Assembly: GCA_964536865.1 (NCBI GenBank)
Contig: CAZHYN010000010.1
Span: 1 to 32,000 of the forward strand
Length of the DNA stretch: 32,000 nt
Source: an uncultured Planctomycetia bacterium
GTDB lineage: Bacteria; Omnitrophota; Gorgyraeia; Duberdicusellales; 4484-171
Direction of reading: 5' to 3'
Shown piece after piece: positions 13,155-23,606 of the stretch. Numbering within the stretch: position 1 is the stretch's first letter; every line of letters starts with the position of its first letter. Both the position numbers and the translations under genes were made by a program. Under the pieces are notes generated by a model that made no database searches, was not told the origin of the DNA, and saw only the letters and a program-made list of their open reading frames with translations.

Positions 13155-13172
13155 CCTTAGTTAGCACTCCCT
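13155..13172. repeat. Right arm of an 18-nt perfect inverted repeat bracketing hsp20 (partner at 12659-12676)
   Basis: ccttagttagcactccct is the exact reverse complement of agggagtgctaactaagg (12659-12676). It contains a perfect CIRCE left half-site, TTAGCACTC (13161-13169), with no local right arm. Confidence 0.9.
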
Positions 13173-13193
13173 GGTTAAGATTAAGGAGAGAGA

Positions 13194-13853
13194 ATGATAC
13201 CTTTAAGAGATGACATTCCTCATATAAGAAAACCTGTGGTAACTATAATAATACTAATTATCAATATCTGTGTTTATCTTTATGAGCTCTTTTTAGGTAG
13301 AGGTTTAGATAGTTTTGTTTTTAATTACGGTTTCATTCCTTATAAACTCATTATGCCTTTAAGTCTCCATGCGAAATTAATTCCTTTATTTACCAGTATG
13401 TTTATGCATGCAGGATTTTTGCACCTTTTAGGTAATTCTCTCTACCTTTGGATTTTTGCTGATAACGTGGAGGATAGATTAGGTCATTTTAATTTTCTAA
13501 TTTTCTATCTTTTGTGTGGAATTTCTGCAAGCTTAATTCATGCTCTTTTTAATTGGGGTTCTAAAGTTCCTGCTGTAGGAGCTTCAGGTGCTATCGCAGG
13601 AATTTTAGGAGCATACTTTCTAATGTTTCCTAGGGCTAGAGTATTAACTTTGGTACCTTTATTTCTGTTTTGGGAAATAGTGGAAATTCCTGCGTTCTTC
13701 TTCTTAGGGTTCTGGTTTTTATACCAGTTCTTATTAGGACTGGTTTCTTTAGGAAGGATGGGCGCAGGTATTGCCTTTTGGGCTCACATTGGTGGATTTC
13801 TTAGCGGAGTAGTTTTCTTAAGATTTTTTCTTAGGAGAAGAACTTACTGGTAA
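13194..13853 (+). CDS. Rhomboid-family intramembrane serine protease
   Basis: Polytopic membrane protein with 'HAGFLHLLGN', catalytic 'GASGAIAG' and 'AHIGGFLSG'. Confidence 0.85.
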   Translation: MIPLRDDIPHIRKPVVTIIILIINICVYLYELFLGRGLDSFVFNYGFIPYKLIMPLSLHAKLIPLFTSMFMHAGFLHLLGNSLYLWIFADNVEDRLGHFNFLIFYLLCGISASLIHALFNWGSKVPAVGASGAIAGILGAYFLMFPRARVLTLVPLFLFWEIVEIPAFFFLGFWFLYQFLLGLVSLGRMGAGIAFWAHIGGFLSGVVFLRFFLRRRTYW

Positions 13854-13879
13854 ATCTTAGGAGATTTTAGGAGGTAGGT

Positions 13880-16468
13880 ATGAACTTAGATAATTTTACT
13901 CTACGAGCACAGGAAGCAATAAATAACTCGGTAAGTTTAGCAACTAAACTTAAGCATCAAAGTCTTTTGCCCGAACATCTCCTCTACTCCTTGCTGGATA
14001 CTCCTCAAGGAGTTGCTATGGAGATTTTATCCCATTTAGGATTAGATATAGGAGAACTAAAGGTTAAAGTTCAGGAGTTTTTAGATAATCAACCTAAGGT
14101 GTTAGGTACTACATCAGGAGTTTATGCCTCATCTCGTTTTACTCAGGTAATTAATGAAGCTAAAGATTTCTCTAAAGATTTAGGAGATACCTTTATAAGT
14201 AGTGAACATTTACTTTTAGGAATAGCCAAAGATAGAGAAGGGTGGTTGTTTAGGTATCTGAATCAGCAAGGAATTACTTTGGACGATCTTGTTCGAGCAA
14301 TTAAGGAAATAAGAGGAGTTAGCTCTGCTCAGTCACCCGATGCTGAGGCTACCTACCGAGCTTTAGAGAAATTTGGAAGGGATCTGACTGAACTGGCAAA
14401 AAAAGGAAAACTAGATCCAGTGATCGGCAGAGACGAGGAGATTAGAAGAGTAATTCAAGTACTTTCACGAAGAACAAAAAATAACCCTGTTTTAATTGGT
14501 GAACCAGGAGTAGGTAAGACTGCTATTGTAGAAGGATTAGCTCAAAGAATTGCCTTAGGAGATGTTCCTGAAGGGCTTAAAGAGAAAAAAATTATAGCTT
14601 TGGATTTAGGGAGCTTGGTAGCAGGAACAAAGTTTCGAGGAGAGTTCGAAGAACGCCTTAAGGCAGTATTAAAAGAAATAGAAGCTAAGGAAGGTCAGAT
14701 TGTTCTCTTTATCGATGAGTTACATACCTTAGTAGGAGCAGGGGAAGCTCAAGGTGCTATTGATGCCTCCAATATGTTCAAACCTGCTTTAGCTCGGGGA
14801 ATTCTAAGATGTATTGGAGCTACAACTTTGGATGAATACAGAAATCATATCGAGAAGGATGCTGCTTTAGAGAGAAGATTTCAACCTGTACTAGTCAGTG
14901 AACCTACGGTAGAGCAGACAATCGCCATTTTGAGAGGTTTAAAAGAGAAATACGAAGTTCATCACGGTATTAGATTAGCAGATTCAGCACTGATTGCTGC
15001 TAGCCAACTTTCCCACCGTTATATTACCGGAAGGTATCTACCCGATAAGGCTATTGACCTTGTCGATGAGGCTGCTTCTAAATTACGGATAGAGATTGAC
15101 TCTAAGCCTGAAGAGATAGATAAGTTGGAGAGAAAGAAGATGGAGTTAGAGATTCAAAGGGAGGCTTTAAAGAAGGAGAAAGATTCTGCATCATTAGAGA
15201 GGTTAGAGAAGTTAAAGAAGGAAATAGAGAATTTAAACAAAGAACTAGAAGTTTTAAAACAGCACTGGCAAAAGGAGAAGGAGTTAATTACTAGTATCAG
15301 AAGGATAAAAGAGGAGATTGAGAAGTTAAAAATTGAATCTATTGAGTATCAAAAACAGGCTCAATTAGATAAAGTAGCTCAGATAAGGTATGGTAAGATT
15401 CCCCAACTTAACCATGAGTTAGAGGGATTAAATAAAAAGTTAGGTGAGCTCCAGAAAACAAAAAAAATGCTTAAGGAAGAGGTAGATGAGGAAGACATCG
15501 CTGAGATTGTCTCTAAGTGGACAGGCATTCCTGTAGCTAGATTAATGGAAGGAGAGGTAGAGAAACTTTTGAAGATGGAGAAAGAGCTAAAAAAACGTGT
15601 GGTAGGTCAAGATGAAGCAATAAGACTTATATCTGACTGTATAAGAAGAGCACGCTCAGGGTTAGCCGATCCTAATAGACCTTTAGGATCTTTTCTTTTC
15701 TTAGGACCTACAGGAGTAGGCAAAACTGAGCTGGCTAAAACCCTTGCCTGGTTTCTTTTTGACAGTGAATATAATCTTATAAGAATAGATATGAGCGAGT
15801 ATATGGAGAAGTTTTCTGTTTCCCGCCTGATCGGTGCCCCTCCTGGGTATGTAGGATATCAAGAGGGAGGTCAGCTTACTGAGGCGGTGAGGCGCCGGCC
15901 TTATTCAGTAATTCTCTTCGATGAGATTGAAAAAGCTCACCCTGAGGTATTTAATCTACTTTTACAGGTTCTTGATGAAGGTCGTCTTACAGATTCTCAA
16001 GGCAGGGTTGTGAATTTTAAAAATACCGTTATAATAATGACTTCTAACATAGGTAGTGAGTATTTCAGTGACCCCACAGTTACTAAAAAGAGTATAGAGG
16101 AGAGGATAAAGGTTGAGCTTAAAAGATACTTTCGCCCTGAATTTTTAAATCGCTTAGATGAAATTATCATCTTTAATCGCCTTACCATAGAAAATATAAA
16201 GGATATCGTGGAGATTCAATTTGATACATTGAAGGAGAGATTGAAAGATAAAAAGATTGGAGTAGAGTTAACATCTCAAGCCAAGGAGTTTTTAGCAGAG
16301 AAAGGGTTTAGTCCACAGTATGGAGCAAGACCTATCAAAAGAACTATCCAGAAGTTAATTATAGATTCTTTGAGCAAAAAAATTTTAGAGGGAACATTTA
16401 AGGAAAATGACACAGTAATAGTAGATGTTAAAAATAGAGAGATAGTTTTTTCTAAAAAGGAGAGTTAG
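13880..16468 (+). CDS. clpB: ATP-dependent chaperone/disaggregase ClpB
   Basis: 862 aa with a Clp N-domain, two AAA+ modules ('[15 protein letters not shown]', '[15 protein letters not shown]') and a long coiled-coil middle domain between them. Confidence 0.95.
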   Translation: MNLDNFTLRAQEAINNSVSLATKLKHQSLLPEHLLYSLLDTPQGVAMEILSHLGLDIGELKVKVQEFLDNQPKVLGTTSGVYASSRFTQVINEAKDFSKDLGDTFISSEHLLLGIAKDREGWLFRYLNQQGITLDDLVRAIKEIRGVSSAQSPDAEATYRALEKFGRDLTELAKKGKLDPVIGRDEEIRRVIQVLSRRTKNNPVLIGEPGVGKTAIVEGLAQRIALGDVPEGLKEKKIIALDLGSLVAGTKFRGEFEERLKAVLKEIEAKEGQIVLFIDELHTLVGAGEAQGAIDASNMFKPALARGILRCIGATTLDEYRNHIEKDAALERRFQPVLVSEPTVEQTIAILRGLKEKYEVHHGIRLADSALIAASQLSHRYITGRYLPDKAIDLVDEAASKLRIEIDSKPEEIDKLERKKMELEIQREALKKEKDSASLERLEKLKKEIENLNKELEVLKQHWQKEKELITSIRRIKEEIEKLKIESIEYQKQAQLDKVAQIRYGKIPQLNHELEGLNKKLGELQKTKKMLKEEVDEEDIAEIVSKWTGIPVARLMEGEVEKLLKMEKELKKRVVGQDEAIRLISDCIRRARSGLADPNRPLGSFLFLGPTGVGKTELAKTLAWFLFDSEYNLIRIDMSEYMEKFSVSRLIGAPPGYVGYQEGGQLTEAVRRRPYSVILFDEIEKAHPEVFNLLLQVLDEGRLTDSQGRVVNFKNTVIIMTSNIGSEYFSDPTVTKKSIEERIKVELKRYFRPEFLNRLDEIIIFNRLTIENIKDIVEIQFDTLKERLKDKKIGVELTSQAKEFLAEKGFSPQYGARPIKRTIQKLIIDSLSKKILEGTFKENDTVIVDVKNREIVFSKKES

Positions 16469-16470
16469 CC

Positions 16471-16791
16471 ATGCGTGTAGATGTTTCTATAAAAAATTTA
16501 GAAAGAACCGATACCTTAGATGAGGTAATTGATAAGAATATAAAAAAGGTGGAAAGGAGGGTAAAGCTTTTTAAGAAAGAAGTCCCTGTACATCTTTCTC
16601 TGCATCTAGAGAAAAATCCTCACAGAAGTCAGTATTTCGTGTGGGTAAATCTTTACTTGCCTTTTAAGGTACTGAGGGCCGAATCTACTTTTTCTAATGT
16701 GGACAAAGCCATAGGAGAATGTTTTTCTGCTTTGATAAAGCAGATAGATAAATTTAAGCATAGATTGGAGAAACATTTAAGAAAAAGGTAA
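16471..16791 (+). CDS. hpf: Ribosome-associated inhibitor / hibernation-promoting factor family protein
   Basis: 106 aa. 'MRVDVSIKNLERTDTLDEVIDKNIKKVER' follows the short HPF/YfiA pattern, and the gene starts 3 nt after clpB. Confidence 0.65.
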   Translation: MRVDVSIKNLERTDTLDEVIDKNIKKVERRVKLFKKEVPVHLSLHLEKNPHRSQYFVWVNLYLPFKVLRAESTFSNVDKAIGECFSALIKQIDKFKHRLEKHLRKR

Positions 16792-16801
16792 CCTTATGCT
16801 C

Positions 16802-16830
16802 TTGACAAAAAAGTTACCTGTGATAGGATA
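16802..16830 (+). promoter_or_regulatory. hrcA operon promoter (-35 TTGACA; weak -10 around TAGGAT)
   Basis: TTGACA at 16802-16807 and TAGGAT at 16824-16829 (16-nt spacer), immediately upstream of CIRCE. Confidence 0.5.
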
Positions 16831-16831
16831 T

Positions 16832-16858
16832 TTAGCACTCAAGGTGATAGAGTGCTAA
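16832..16858. promoter_or_regulatory. Perfect CIRCE operator (TTAGCACTC-N9-GAGTGCTAA)
   Basis: Exact match to the HrcA operator consensus, 13 nt upstream of the hrcA ATG. Confidence 0.92.
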
Positions 16859-16871
16859 AAAGGAAGAGATA

Positions 16872-17609
16872 ATGAGGCATGTAGATATCCGAGAGAGAGA
16901 AAATCAGATTTTGGAGTTGGTGGTAAAAAGTTATATTAGAGAATCAAGACCTATAAGTTCCAGCTATCTTTGTGATAAGTTTAACCTTTCTTGCTCTACC
17001 GCTACGGTGAGAAATATTATGGAATCCTTAGAGAAAAAGGGTTTACTTTCTCATATTCATACTTCTTCAGGTAGAGTTCCTACTAAGGAAGGATTTAAAC
17101 ACTATATAGAGAATATAAGAGATGGGCTGTTAAAAAGAGGCGAACCATCCTTGGATGTGGATATCAATATGGCTCAGGATATTGAGGAAGTTTTTGATAA
17201 GGCTTTAGATATATTAGCTACTCTTACTAGATACATTTCTCTTATAGCGATTTCAGGATGGGAGGAAAGATTTCTCCTTCGGGGAGTAAGGTATATTTTT
17301 GATCAGCCAGAGTTTGAAGATATTAATAAGCTGAAAGCTCTCTTTTATGTTTTAGAAGTTAAAATAGGTGCCATTCAAGAGCTACTCTTTGGATATGTGG
17401 ATGAACAGTTTAAGGTATTGGTAGGGGATGAAATTGGATGTGAGGAGATTTCTGAATGCTCGTTAGTTATTTCTGGTTTTCATCAAAAGAAGATTTCTGC
17501 TAGTTTAGCTCTCCTTGGTCCAATGAGAATGGATTATGTAAGAGCAATTCCTACTCTTTATGCAGTGAGGAAAAAACTGGAGGAGTTTATAATAAGGAGG
17601 GATTTTTAA
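16872..17609 (+). CDS. hrcA: Heat-inducible transcription repressor HrcA (compact, 245 aa)
   Basis: N-terminal wHTH ('RERENQILELVVKSYIRESRPISSSYLCDKF...STATVRNIMESLEKKGLL') and C-terminal 'LLGPMRMDYVRAI' signature. CIRCE lies upstream and grpE-dnaK-dnaJ downstream. Confidence 0.85.
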   Translation: MRHVDIRERENQILELVVKSYIRESRPISSSYLCDKFNLSCSTATVRNIMESLEKKGLLSHIHTSSGRVPTKEGFKHYIENIRDGLLKRGEPSLDVDINMAQDIEEVFDKALDILATLTRYISLIAISGWEERFLLRGVRYIFDQPEFEDINKLKALFYVLEVKIGAIQELLFGYVDEQFKVLVGDEIGCEEISECSLVISGFHQKKISASLALLGPMRMDYVRAIPTLYAVRKKLEEFIIRRDF

Positions 17610-17610
17610 G

Positions 17611-18237
17611 ATGCCTTCTAAAGATAAAAATAAAGAAAAATCATCAGCGATGAAGGAAGAGGAAAAAGAACTTATAAAAGAAAATAGGTCTTTGGAGGAA
17701 AAGAAAGATAATTCCCAGTCTCCTCAAGAGACAGTTCTTTCGTTAGAGGAGATTAAAAAGAAAGCTTCTGAGTACGATGCTTTGTGGGATAAGTATTTAA
17801 GAGTTTGTGCGGATTTTGACAATTCTCGTAAACGCTGGGAAAAGGAAAGACAAGAAGTTGTAAAGTTTTCTAATTTTAAGTTAATTAGGGATATAATTCC
17901 TATCATTGATGAGTTGGAGCAAGCAGTAAAGGTTGTGAAAAAAGATACTTCTTTAAATAAAATTTGTGAGGGTATAGAGATTACCTATAAAAAGTTATTA
18001 GGAATTCTAAATAACTATGGAGTAAGGTCTATTAGAGCGGAAGGGGAGAAGTTTAACCCTTATCTTCATGAGATTGTGGGCCAAAAAGAGGTAGAGGATA
18101 ACCAAGAGCATACCATTGTAGAGGAAGTCCAAAAGGGATATCTTTTAGAAGATAAAGTGTTGAGGGCATCTAAAGTTATTGTAGGTGTAAAAAAGAAACA
18201 CACAACTAATAGCGCCAAGGAAAATCCCAGGAGGTGA
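17611..18237 (+). CDS. grpE: Nucleotide exchange factor GrpE
   Basis: '[18 protein letters not shown]' and the C-terminal 'FNPYLHEIV...[20 protein letters not shown]' are GrpE motifs. Confidence 0.9.
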   Translation: MPSKDKNKEKSSAMKEEEKELIKENRSLEEKKDNSQSPQETVLSLEEIKKKASEYDALWDKYLRVCADFDNSRKRWEKERQEVVKFSNFKLIRDIIPIIDELEQAVKVVKKDTSLNKICEGIEITYKKLLGILNNYGVRSIRAEGEKFNPYLHEIVGQKEVEDNQEHTIVEEVQKGYLLEDKVLRASKVIVGVKKKHTTNSAKENPRR

Positions 18238-18242
18238 TAAAA

Positions 18243-20123
18243 ATGGCACGGATTATCGGTATTGATTTAGGAACTTCCAATTCTGCAGCAGCAGTAATGG
18301 AGGGCGGTCGTCCAGTGATTATTCCTTCTGCAGAAGGAACGACTGTTGGCGGTGGTAAAGCCTTCCCTTCTTATGTGGCTTTTACAAAAGAGGGTCAGCT
18401 CCTTGTAGGAGAACCAGCCCGACGGCAGGCAGCGATCAATCCTGAAGGGACAGTTACAGGATTTAAAAGAAAAATGGGAACAACTTTTAAGTATAAAATT
18501 TTAGACAAGGAATTCACTCCTCAACAGCTCTCTGCGTTTGTACTCCAGAAAATAAAGAAAGACGCAGAAAGTTATTTAGGTGAACCAGTAAATGAGGCAG
18601 TAATTACCTGTCCTGCTTACTTTAATGATAACCAGCGTCAGGCGACCAAAGACGCAGGAGAAATTGCTGGGTTTGGTGTCCTGCGAATTATAAATGAACC
18701 TACCGCTGCTTGCCTTGCTTACGGATTAGGTAAAGAGAAAGATAGAGAATATAAGATTATGGTTTTTGACTTTGGAGGGGGCACTTTGGATGTTACTATA
18801 ATGGAGATGGCTCAAGGGGTATTTGAAGTAAAATCAACCAGTGGAGATACCCAGCTTGGGGGACGAGATATGGATGAGGTTTTAATGAATTACATAATTG
18901 AGGAATTTAGGCGCGATACAGGGATAGATTTAAGAACCGATTCCATGGCTATGCAGCGCTTAAGGGAGGCAGCGGAGAAAGCAAAGATAGAGCTTTCCTC
19001 TACTATTACTACCGAGATAAACTTACCTTTTATTACTGCTGATAATAGTGGTCCTAAACACTTAGTGATGAGCATAACCAGAGCGAAATTAGAAGAACTG
19101 GTCAGACCGATAGTAGAGAAGACAAGAGTTTCTATGGAGAGAGCATTAGAAGACGCCAAGCTTAAGCCTTCAGATATCGACAAGATAATTATGGTAGGAG
19201 GACCGACACGCATGCCTTGTGTGCAGGCATTCGTAGAGAATTTCGTAGGTAAAAAGATTGAGCGAGGAGTCGATCCTATGGAGTGTGTAGCATCTGGTGC
19301 TGCTATTCAGGCAGGGATAATTAAGGGAGATGTAAAGGATGTACTTCTTTTAGATGTTACACCTCTCTCCTTAGGGATAGAGACATTAGGAGGGGTTTTT
19401 ACTAAATTGATTGAGAGAAATACTACCATTCCTACTAAAAAGTCACAAATTTTTACTACTGCTGAGGATAACCAGACTGCAGTCACTATAAGGGTTCTTC
19501 AGGGTGAGCGTCCTATGGCTAACGATAACACAGAATTAGGGAGGTTTGACCTTATAGGAATTCCTCCTGCTCCCAGAGGGGTCCCTAAGATAGAGGTAAC
19601 CTTTGATATCGATGCTAATGGGATAGTTCATGTTTTAGCAAAAGATCTAGGTACTGGGAAAGAACAATCAATTAGGATTACCGCTCCACAAAAGTTATCA
19701 AAAGAAGAAATAGATAGAATGGTAAAAGAAGCAGAAATGTATGCTGAGGAGGATAAAAAACGAAGGGAATTAGCTGAATTGAGGAATAAAGCAGATAACT
19801 TACTCTATACTACTGAGAAGTCTTTGAAGGATTTTGGGAATAAGGTTTCTGAAAGCGATAGGAAGAATATAGAGGAAAAGTTGAACAACTTAAAAGAGAT
19901 TCTCAAGAAAGCCAATCCTACTAAGGAAGAAATTGAAAAAGCTATGGATGAGCTTACTCACGCCTCCTATAAGTTAGCAGAGCAAGTATATAAGGCCAGT
20001 GCACAGAAGCAAGCAGGTGCTCAACAGGGTCCTTCTTCCGCAGGGGGCAAGCAGAGTTCTCAGGAGAAACCGAAAGAAGGAGAGGTAATTGATGCTGAAT
20101 ATAAAGAAGAGGATGATAAATAA
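18243..20123 (+). CDS. dnaK: Molecular chaperone DnaK (Hsp70)
   Basis: ATG 18243 follows GGAGG; the track start 18234 is a GTG overlapping the grpE stop. Motifs '[10 protein letters not shown]', 'DFGGGTLDV', 'VGGPTRMP'. Confidence 0.96.
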   Translation: MARIIGIDLGTSNSAAAVMEGGRPVIIPSAEGTTVGGGKAFPSYVAFTKEGQLLVGEPARRQAAINPEGTVTGFKRKMGTTFKYKILDKEFTPQQLSAFVLQKIKKDAESYLGEPVNEAVITCPAYFNDNQRQATKDAGEIAGFGVLRIINEPTAACLAYGLGKEKDREYKIMVFDFGGGTLDVTIMEMAQGVFEVKSTSGDTQLGGRDMDEVLMNYIIEEFRRDTGIDLRTDSMAMQRLREAAEKAKIELSSTITTEINLPFITADNSGPKHLVMSITRAKLEELVRPIVEKTRVSMERALEDAKLKPSDIDKIIMVGGPTRMPCVQAFVENFVGKKIERGVDPMECVASGAAIQAGIIKGDVKDVLLLDVTPLSLGIETLGGVFTKLIERNTTIPTKKSQIFTTAEDNQTAVTIRVLQGERPMANDNTELGRFDLIGIPPAPRGVPKIEVTFDIDANGIVHVLAKDLGTGKEQSIRITAPQKLSKEEIDRMVKEAEMYAEEDKKRRELAELRNKADNLLYTTEKSLKDFGNKVSESDRKNIEEKLNNLKEILKKANPTKEEIEKAMDELTHASYKLAEQVYKASAQKQAGAQQGPSSAGGKQSSQEKPKEGEVIDAEYKEEDDK

Positions 20124-20131
20124 AATAAGAG

Positions 20132-21244
20132 ATGATGGGCACAAAAAGAGACTACTATGAGATTTTAGGTGTTTCTCGTGATGCAAGTTTAGAAGAAATT
20201 AAAAAAGCTTATCGTAAACTTGCTTTACAGTATCATCCAGATAGAGTTCCTCCAGAGAAGAAAAAAGAGGCGGAGGAGAAATTTAAAGAAATATCCGAAG
20301 CTTATGCCGTGTTAAGTGATCCTAATAAACGGAGATTATATGATACTTATGGTCATGCTGGGATAGATTCCCACTACACTACTGAGGATATTTTTAGAGG
20401 AGCTGACTTTAGCTGGGTCTTTCGTGATTTAGGAGAGTTTGGTTTTGGGGAGAGTATCTTTGAGGATATTTTTTCTGATTTAGGTTTTGATATTTTTGGC
20501 ACTAAACGAAGGAAAAAAAGAGTTTTAAGGGGAGAGGATATTCATTCTAAGCTTACTATAGAGTTAGAAGAAGTTGCTAAGGGAGTGGAAAAGACCCTTA
20601 CTTTCAATCGCTATGAGAGGTGTAACCACTGTAAGGGGACTGGGGCTTACCCAGGTACCTCTAAAACCGTATGCCCCCTCTGTAAGGGGAGAGGAACTGT
20701 TTCTACTGGTTTTGGATTTATAACCTTTTCAGAGACTTGTCCTCAATGTAAGGGGGAAGGAGAAGTTATTACTAAAGTTTGCCCTCGCTGTAAAGGTTCA
20801 GGGAGAGAGAGAGTTTCCAAGAAGTTAAAGGTAAGCATACCTGCTGGCGTAGATTCTGGGTCGGTTATCCGTCTCCGAGGAGAAGGACACTTTGGCGAAG
20901 GTGGCTATGGAGACCTTTATCTTCATATTCAGGTTAAAGAGCATTCTATATTTCAGAGAGAAGGTAATAATATAAGGTGTAAGGTGAAGATTCCTATGGT
21001 TAAAGCTTGCTTAGGAGCAGATATAGAAGTTCCTACTCTCAATGGTAAAGTAGTGGTAAGAATTCCTCCTGGCACTCAACCTCATACTATACTCCGCCTA
21101 CGCTCTAAAGGTCTTCCTGATGTGAGGAGCAAAAGAGTGGGTGATCAGTTGATAGAGGTAGAGGTAGAGATTCCTAAATCTCTCTCATCCCGGGAGAGGG
21201 AACTCCTTTTAGAGTTTGGCAGGTTAAGAAAAGAATTAAAATAG
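20132..21244 (+). CDS. dnaJ: Co-chaperone DnaJ
   Basis: J-domain 'DYYEILGV...YHPD', a G/F region and four CxxCxGxG zinc-finger repeats. Confidence 0.95.
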   Translation: MMGTKRDYYEILGVSRDASLEEIKKAYRKLALQYHPDRVPPEKKKEAEEKFKEISEAYAVLSDPNKRRLYDTYGHAGIDSHYTTEDIFRGADFSWVFRDLGEFGFGESIFEDIFSDLGFDIFGTKRRKKRVLRGEDIHSKLTIELEEVAKGVEKTLTFNRYERCNHCKGTGAYPGTSKTVCPLCKGRGTVSTGFGFITFSETCPQCKGEGEVITKVCPRCKGSGRERVSKKLKVSIPAGVDSGSVIRLRGEGHFGEGGYGDLYLHIQVKEHSIFQREGNNIRCKVKIPMVKACLGADIEVPTLNGKVVVRIPPGTQPHTILRLRSKGLPDVRSKRVGDQLIEVEVEIPKSLSSRERELLLEFGRLRKELK

Positions 21245-21247
21245 ATT

Positions 21248-21529
21248 ATGCCTACATACGAGTATCAATGCCTAAATTGTGGAAAGAAATTTGAGGTTTT
21301 TCAAAAAATCAATGATTCCCCTCTTGAGGAATGCATTTTTTGTCGAGGGAAGGTAAAAAGACTAATTGGAGGAGGTTGTGGATTAATCTTTAAGGGGAGC
21401 GGATTTTATATAACCGATTATAAGAGGAGTAATAAAAATAATACCAACAAGTTTCCTTCCCAAAATAAGGATAATAAAAAAAACTCACCTTCCTCTACTA
21501 AGGATGCCTCTTCTGAGAAAGAGAGATGA
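21248..21529 (+). CDS. FmdB-family zinc-ribbon protein with a low-complexity Asn/Lys/Ser tail
   Basis: 'MPTYEYQCLNCGKKFEVFQKI......C..C.G.VKRLI' is the CxxC...CxxC FmdB pattern. Confidence 0.8.
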   Translation: MPTYEYQCLNCGKKFEVFQKINDSPLEECIFCRGKVKRLIGGGCGLIFKGSGFYITDYKRSNKNNTNKFPSQNKDNKKNSPSSTKDASSEKER

Positions 21530-22731
21530 ATTTAATAAAACCTTTCTCAGCTTTTTACTATAACCCAGAGAAATTTAAAAACCTTTCTTCTTTAATAACC
21601 CCCCCTTACGATGTAATAAGTGAGAAGGAGAAAAAAACTTTAAGAAAAAAATCCAAGTACAACTTCTCTTACATTCTTCTCGTTGATGAGGATAAGAACT
21701 ATAAGTTAATAGGGAAAAGATTTAATGATTGGATTAAGAGGAAAATTCTTGTTCAAGATAGTAGTCCTCACCTTTACCTTTATGAACAGAGATTTAATTT
21801 TCAAGGAAGGATTTTAAAGAGAGTGGGATTTCTATCCCTTCTTAAGCTGAATAAAAAAGAGACAGTTTTTCCTCATGAAACCACTCTTAGAGGACCTAAG
21901 AAAGACCGCTGGTATATCCTGAAAGAAACGAGAGCTAACCTCAGTCCAATCTTTGTTATCTCTTATAAGAAGTTAAAGTCTCTTCAGAATCTATACCTCT
22001 TTTATAATAGGAAAAAGCCATTTATAGAATTTAAAAATTCTGAAGGGGTTTCCCATTGCCTTTGGAAGGTAGAGGAAAAGGGTTGGGAAGTAGATTTGTC
22101 TCAAGAATTAGAGAAAAGCAAACTTTTTATTGCTGATGGTCATCATCGTTTTGAAGTTGCTTACCGTTATTTTAAACTTAATGGTAATAGGTACAGAGAA
22201 GCAAATTATATTTTAGCTTATCTTACCGATCCTTCTACAGGTCTAATTATCCTTCCTACCCATCGGGTGGTAGATTTGGAAGAGGATTTGGGAAAAGTTA
22301 TAAAAAAGTTATCTTTGTATTTTTTGATTAGACGTACTAACGAGAGAGAACTTCTTTTTTCTTTGGAAAAGGAAGTTTTATTTTCTTTTGGTATATATGC
22401 CAAAGGCTTTTTTTACTTTCTAAAATTGAAAAATGAGAAAATTTTAGATAAAATATTTAGAAATAAAGAAGAAAGGAACTATCAGAAGTTAGATGTTTAT
22501 ATTCTCCATAAACTCGTATTGGGAAAGTTCAAAGTGAAAAATATTCTTTATGTCCACTACCTGAAGGAATTAAAAAGGATGGTAGGCTCCTCAAAAATAG
22601 GATTCATTTTAAGGCCCACCTCTCTGAAAATACTCTTCTCCCTTGCCAGTAAAGGCTATCTTCTTCCTCAAAAATCCACTTACTTTTACCCTAAACTTCC
22701 TAGCGGGTTAGTGATAAGGAGGATTAGCTAA
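21526..22731 (+). CDS. DUF1015 family protein
   Basis: 'IKPFSAFYYNPE....LITPPYDVIS' and 'FIADGHHRFEVA' are motifs typical of DUF1015. Confidence 0.75.
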   Translation: MNLIKPFSAFYYNPEKFKNLSSLITPPYDVISEKEKKTLRKKSKYNFSYILLVDEDKNYKLIGKRFNDWIKRKILVQDSSPHLYLYEQRFNFQGRILKRVGFLSLLKLNKKETVFPHETTLRGPKKDRWYILKETRANLSPIFVISYKKLKSLQNLYLFYNRKKPFIEFKNSEGVSHCLWKVEEKGWEVDLSQELEKSKLFIADGHHRFEVAYRYFKLNGNRYREANYILAYLTDPSTGLIILPTHRVVDLEEDLGKVIKKLSLYFLIRRTNERELLFSLEKEVLFSFGIYAKGFFYFLKLKNEKILDKIFRNKEERNYQKLDVYILHKLVLGKFKVKNILYVHYLKELKRMVGSSKIGFILRPTSLKILFSLASKGYLLPQKSTYFYPKLPSGLVIRRIS

Positions 22732-23574
22732 GTGAGAATATTTAGAAAACGATTACGTTACACCACGGTAAAACCAAGGAAGAAGGAAATTCCTGATGGG
22801 CTATGGAGTAAGTGTCCTCGATGTAACCAATTTATATTTAAGAAGATTTTAGAGGAGAGCTTAAAAGTATGTCCTAAATGTAATTATCATTTTCCTTTAA
22901 CTTGTTGGGAAAGAATAAATCTTATTACTGATGAGGCCAGCTTTAAAGAGTTCCATTCAAATCTACAGTCTCTTGACCCTTTAGAATTTAGTGGTCCTAA
23001 ATCTTATAAAGAAAAATTGAAAGAAGAGATAGAGCGGACTTCTTTAAAGGAAGCCGCGGTGGTAGGGGAGGCGAAGATTAAAAAAGTCAAAGTGGCTTTA
23101 GGTGTTACCGATTCTCATTTTATTATGGGTTCTATGGGATCGGTGGTAGGAGAGAAAATTACTCGTATTATTGAATATGCTTTAGAGAAGAAAGTTCCTT
23201 TAGTAATTATCTCTGGCTCTGGAGGAGGAGCTAGGATGTATGAAGGTATGTTATCTCTAATGCAAATGGCAAAAACTAGTGGAGCCTTAGCTAAGTTAAG
23301 AAGGGAAAGTATCCCTTACATTTCTGTTCTTACTCACCCTACTATGGCAGGAGTAATGGCTTCCTTTGCTGGCTTGGGAGATATAATAATTGCGGAACCC
23401 GGTGCTTTAATTGGATTTACTGGACCGAGAGTAATAAGCCAAACAATAAAGCAGGAATTACCTCCTGGCTTCCAGACTGCCGAGTTTAGCTTAGCCCATG
23501 GTTTGATAGATATGATTGTCCCTCGTAAAGAATTGAAAGAAACAATATCTAAGTTACTGTTTTATCTAGCTTGA
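22732..23574 (+). CDS. accD: Acetyl-CoA carboxylase carboxyltransferase beta subunit
   Basis: GTG start directly after the previous stop. Zinc ribbon 'CPRCNQ...CPKCNYH', 'GGSMGSVVGEK'-type region and 'SGGARMYEG'. Confidence 0.9.
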   Translation: MRIFRKRLRYTTVKPRKKEIPDGLWSKCPRCNQFIFKKILEESLKVCPKCNYHFPLTCWERINLITDEASFKEFHSNLQSLDPLEFSGPKSYKEKLKEEIERTSLKEAAVVGEAKIKKVKVALGVTDSHFIMGSMGSVVGEKITRIIEYALEKKVPLVIISGSGGGARMYEGMLSLMQMAKTSGALAKLRRESIPYISVLTHPTMAGVMASFAGLGDIIIAEPGALIGFTGPRVISQTIKQELPPGFQTAEFSLAHGLIDMIVPRKELKETISKLLFYLA

Positions 23575-23606
23575 CTTATTAATTTTAGAAGTTAAAATTT
23601 AAATCT

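Noticed and set aside
13161-13187. An independent CIRCE operator for rhomboid-clpB, starting from the perfect TTAGCACTC
   Set aside because: The sequence 9 nt downstream (gattaagga) does not match GAGTGCTAA. The half-site is instead part of the 18-nt long-range inverted repeat with 12659-12676.
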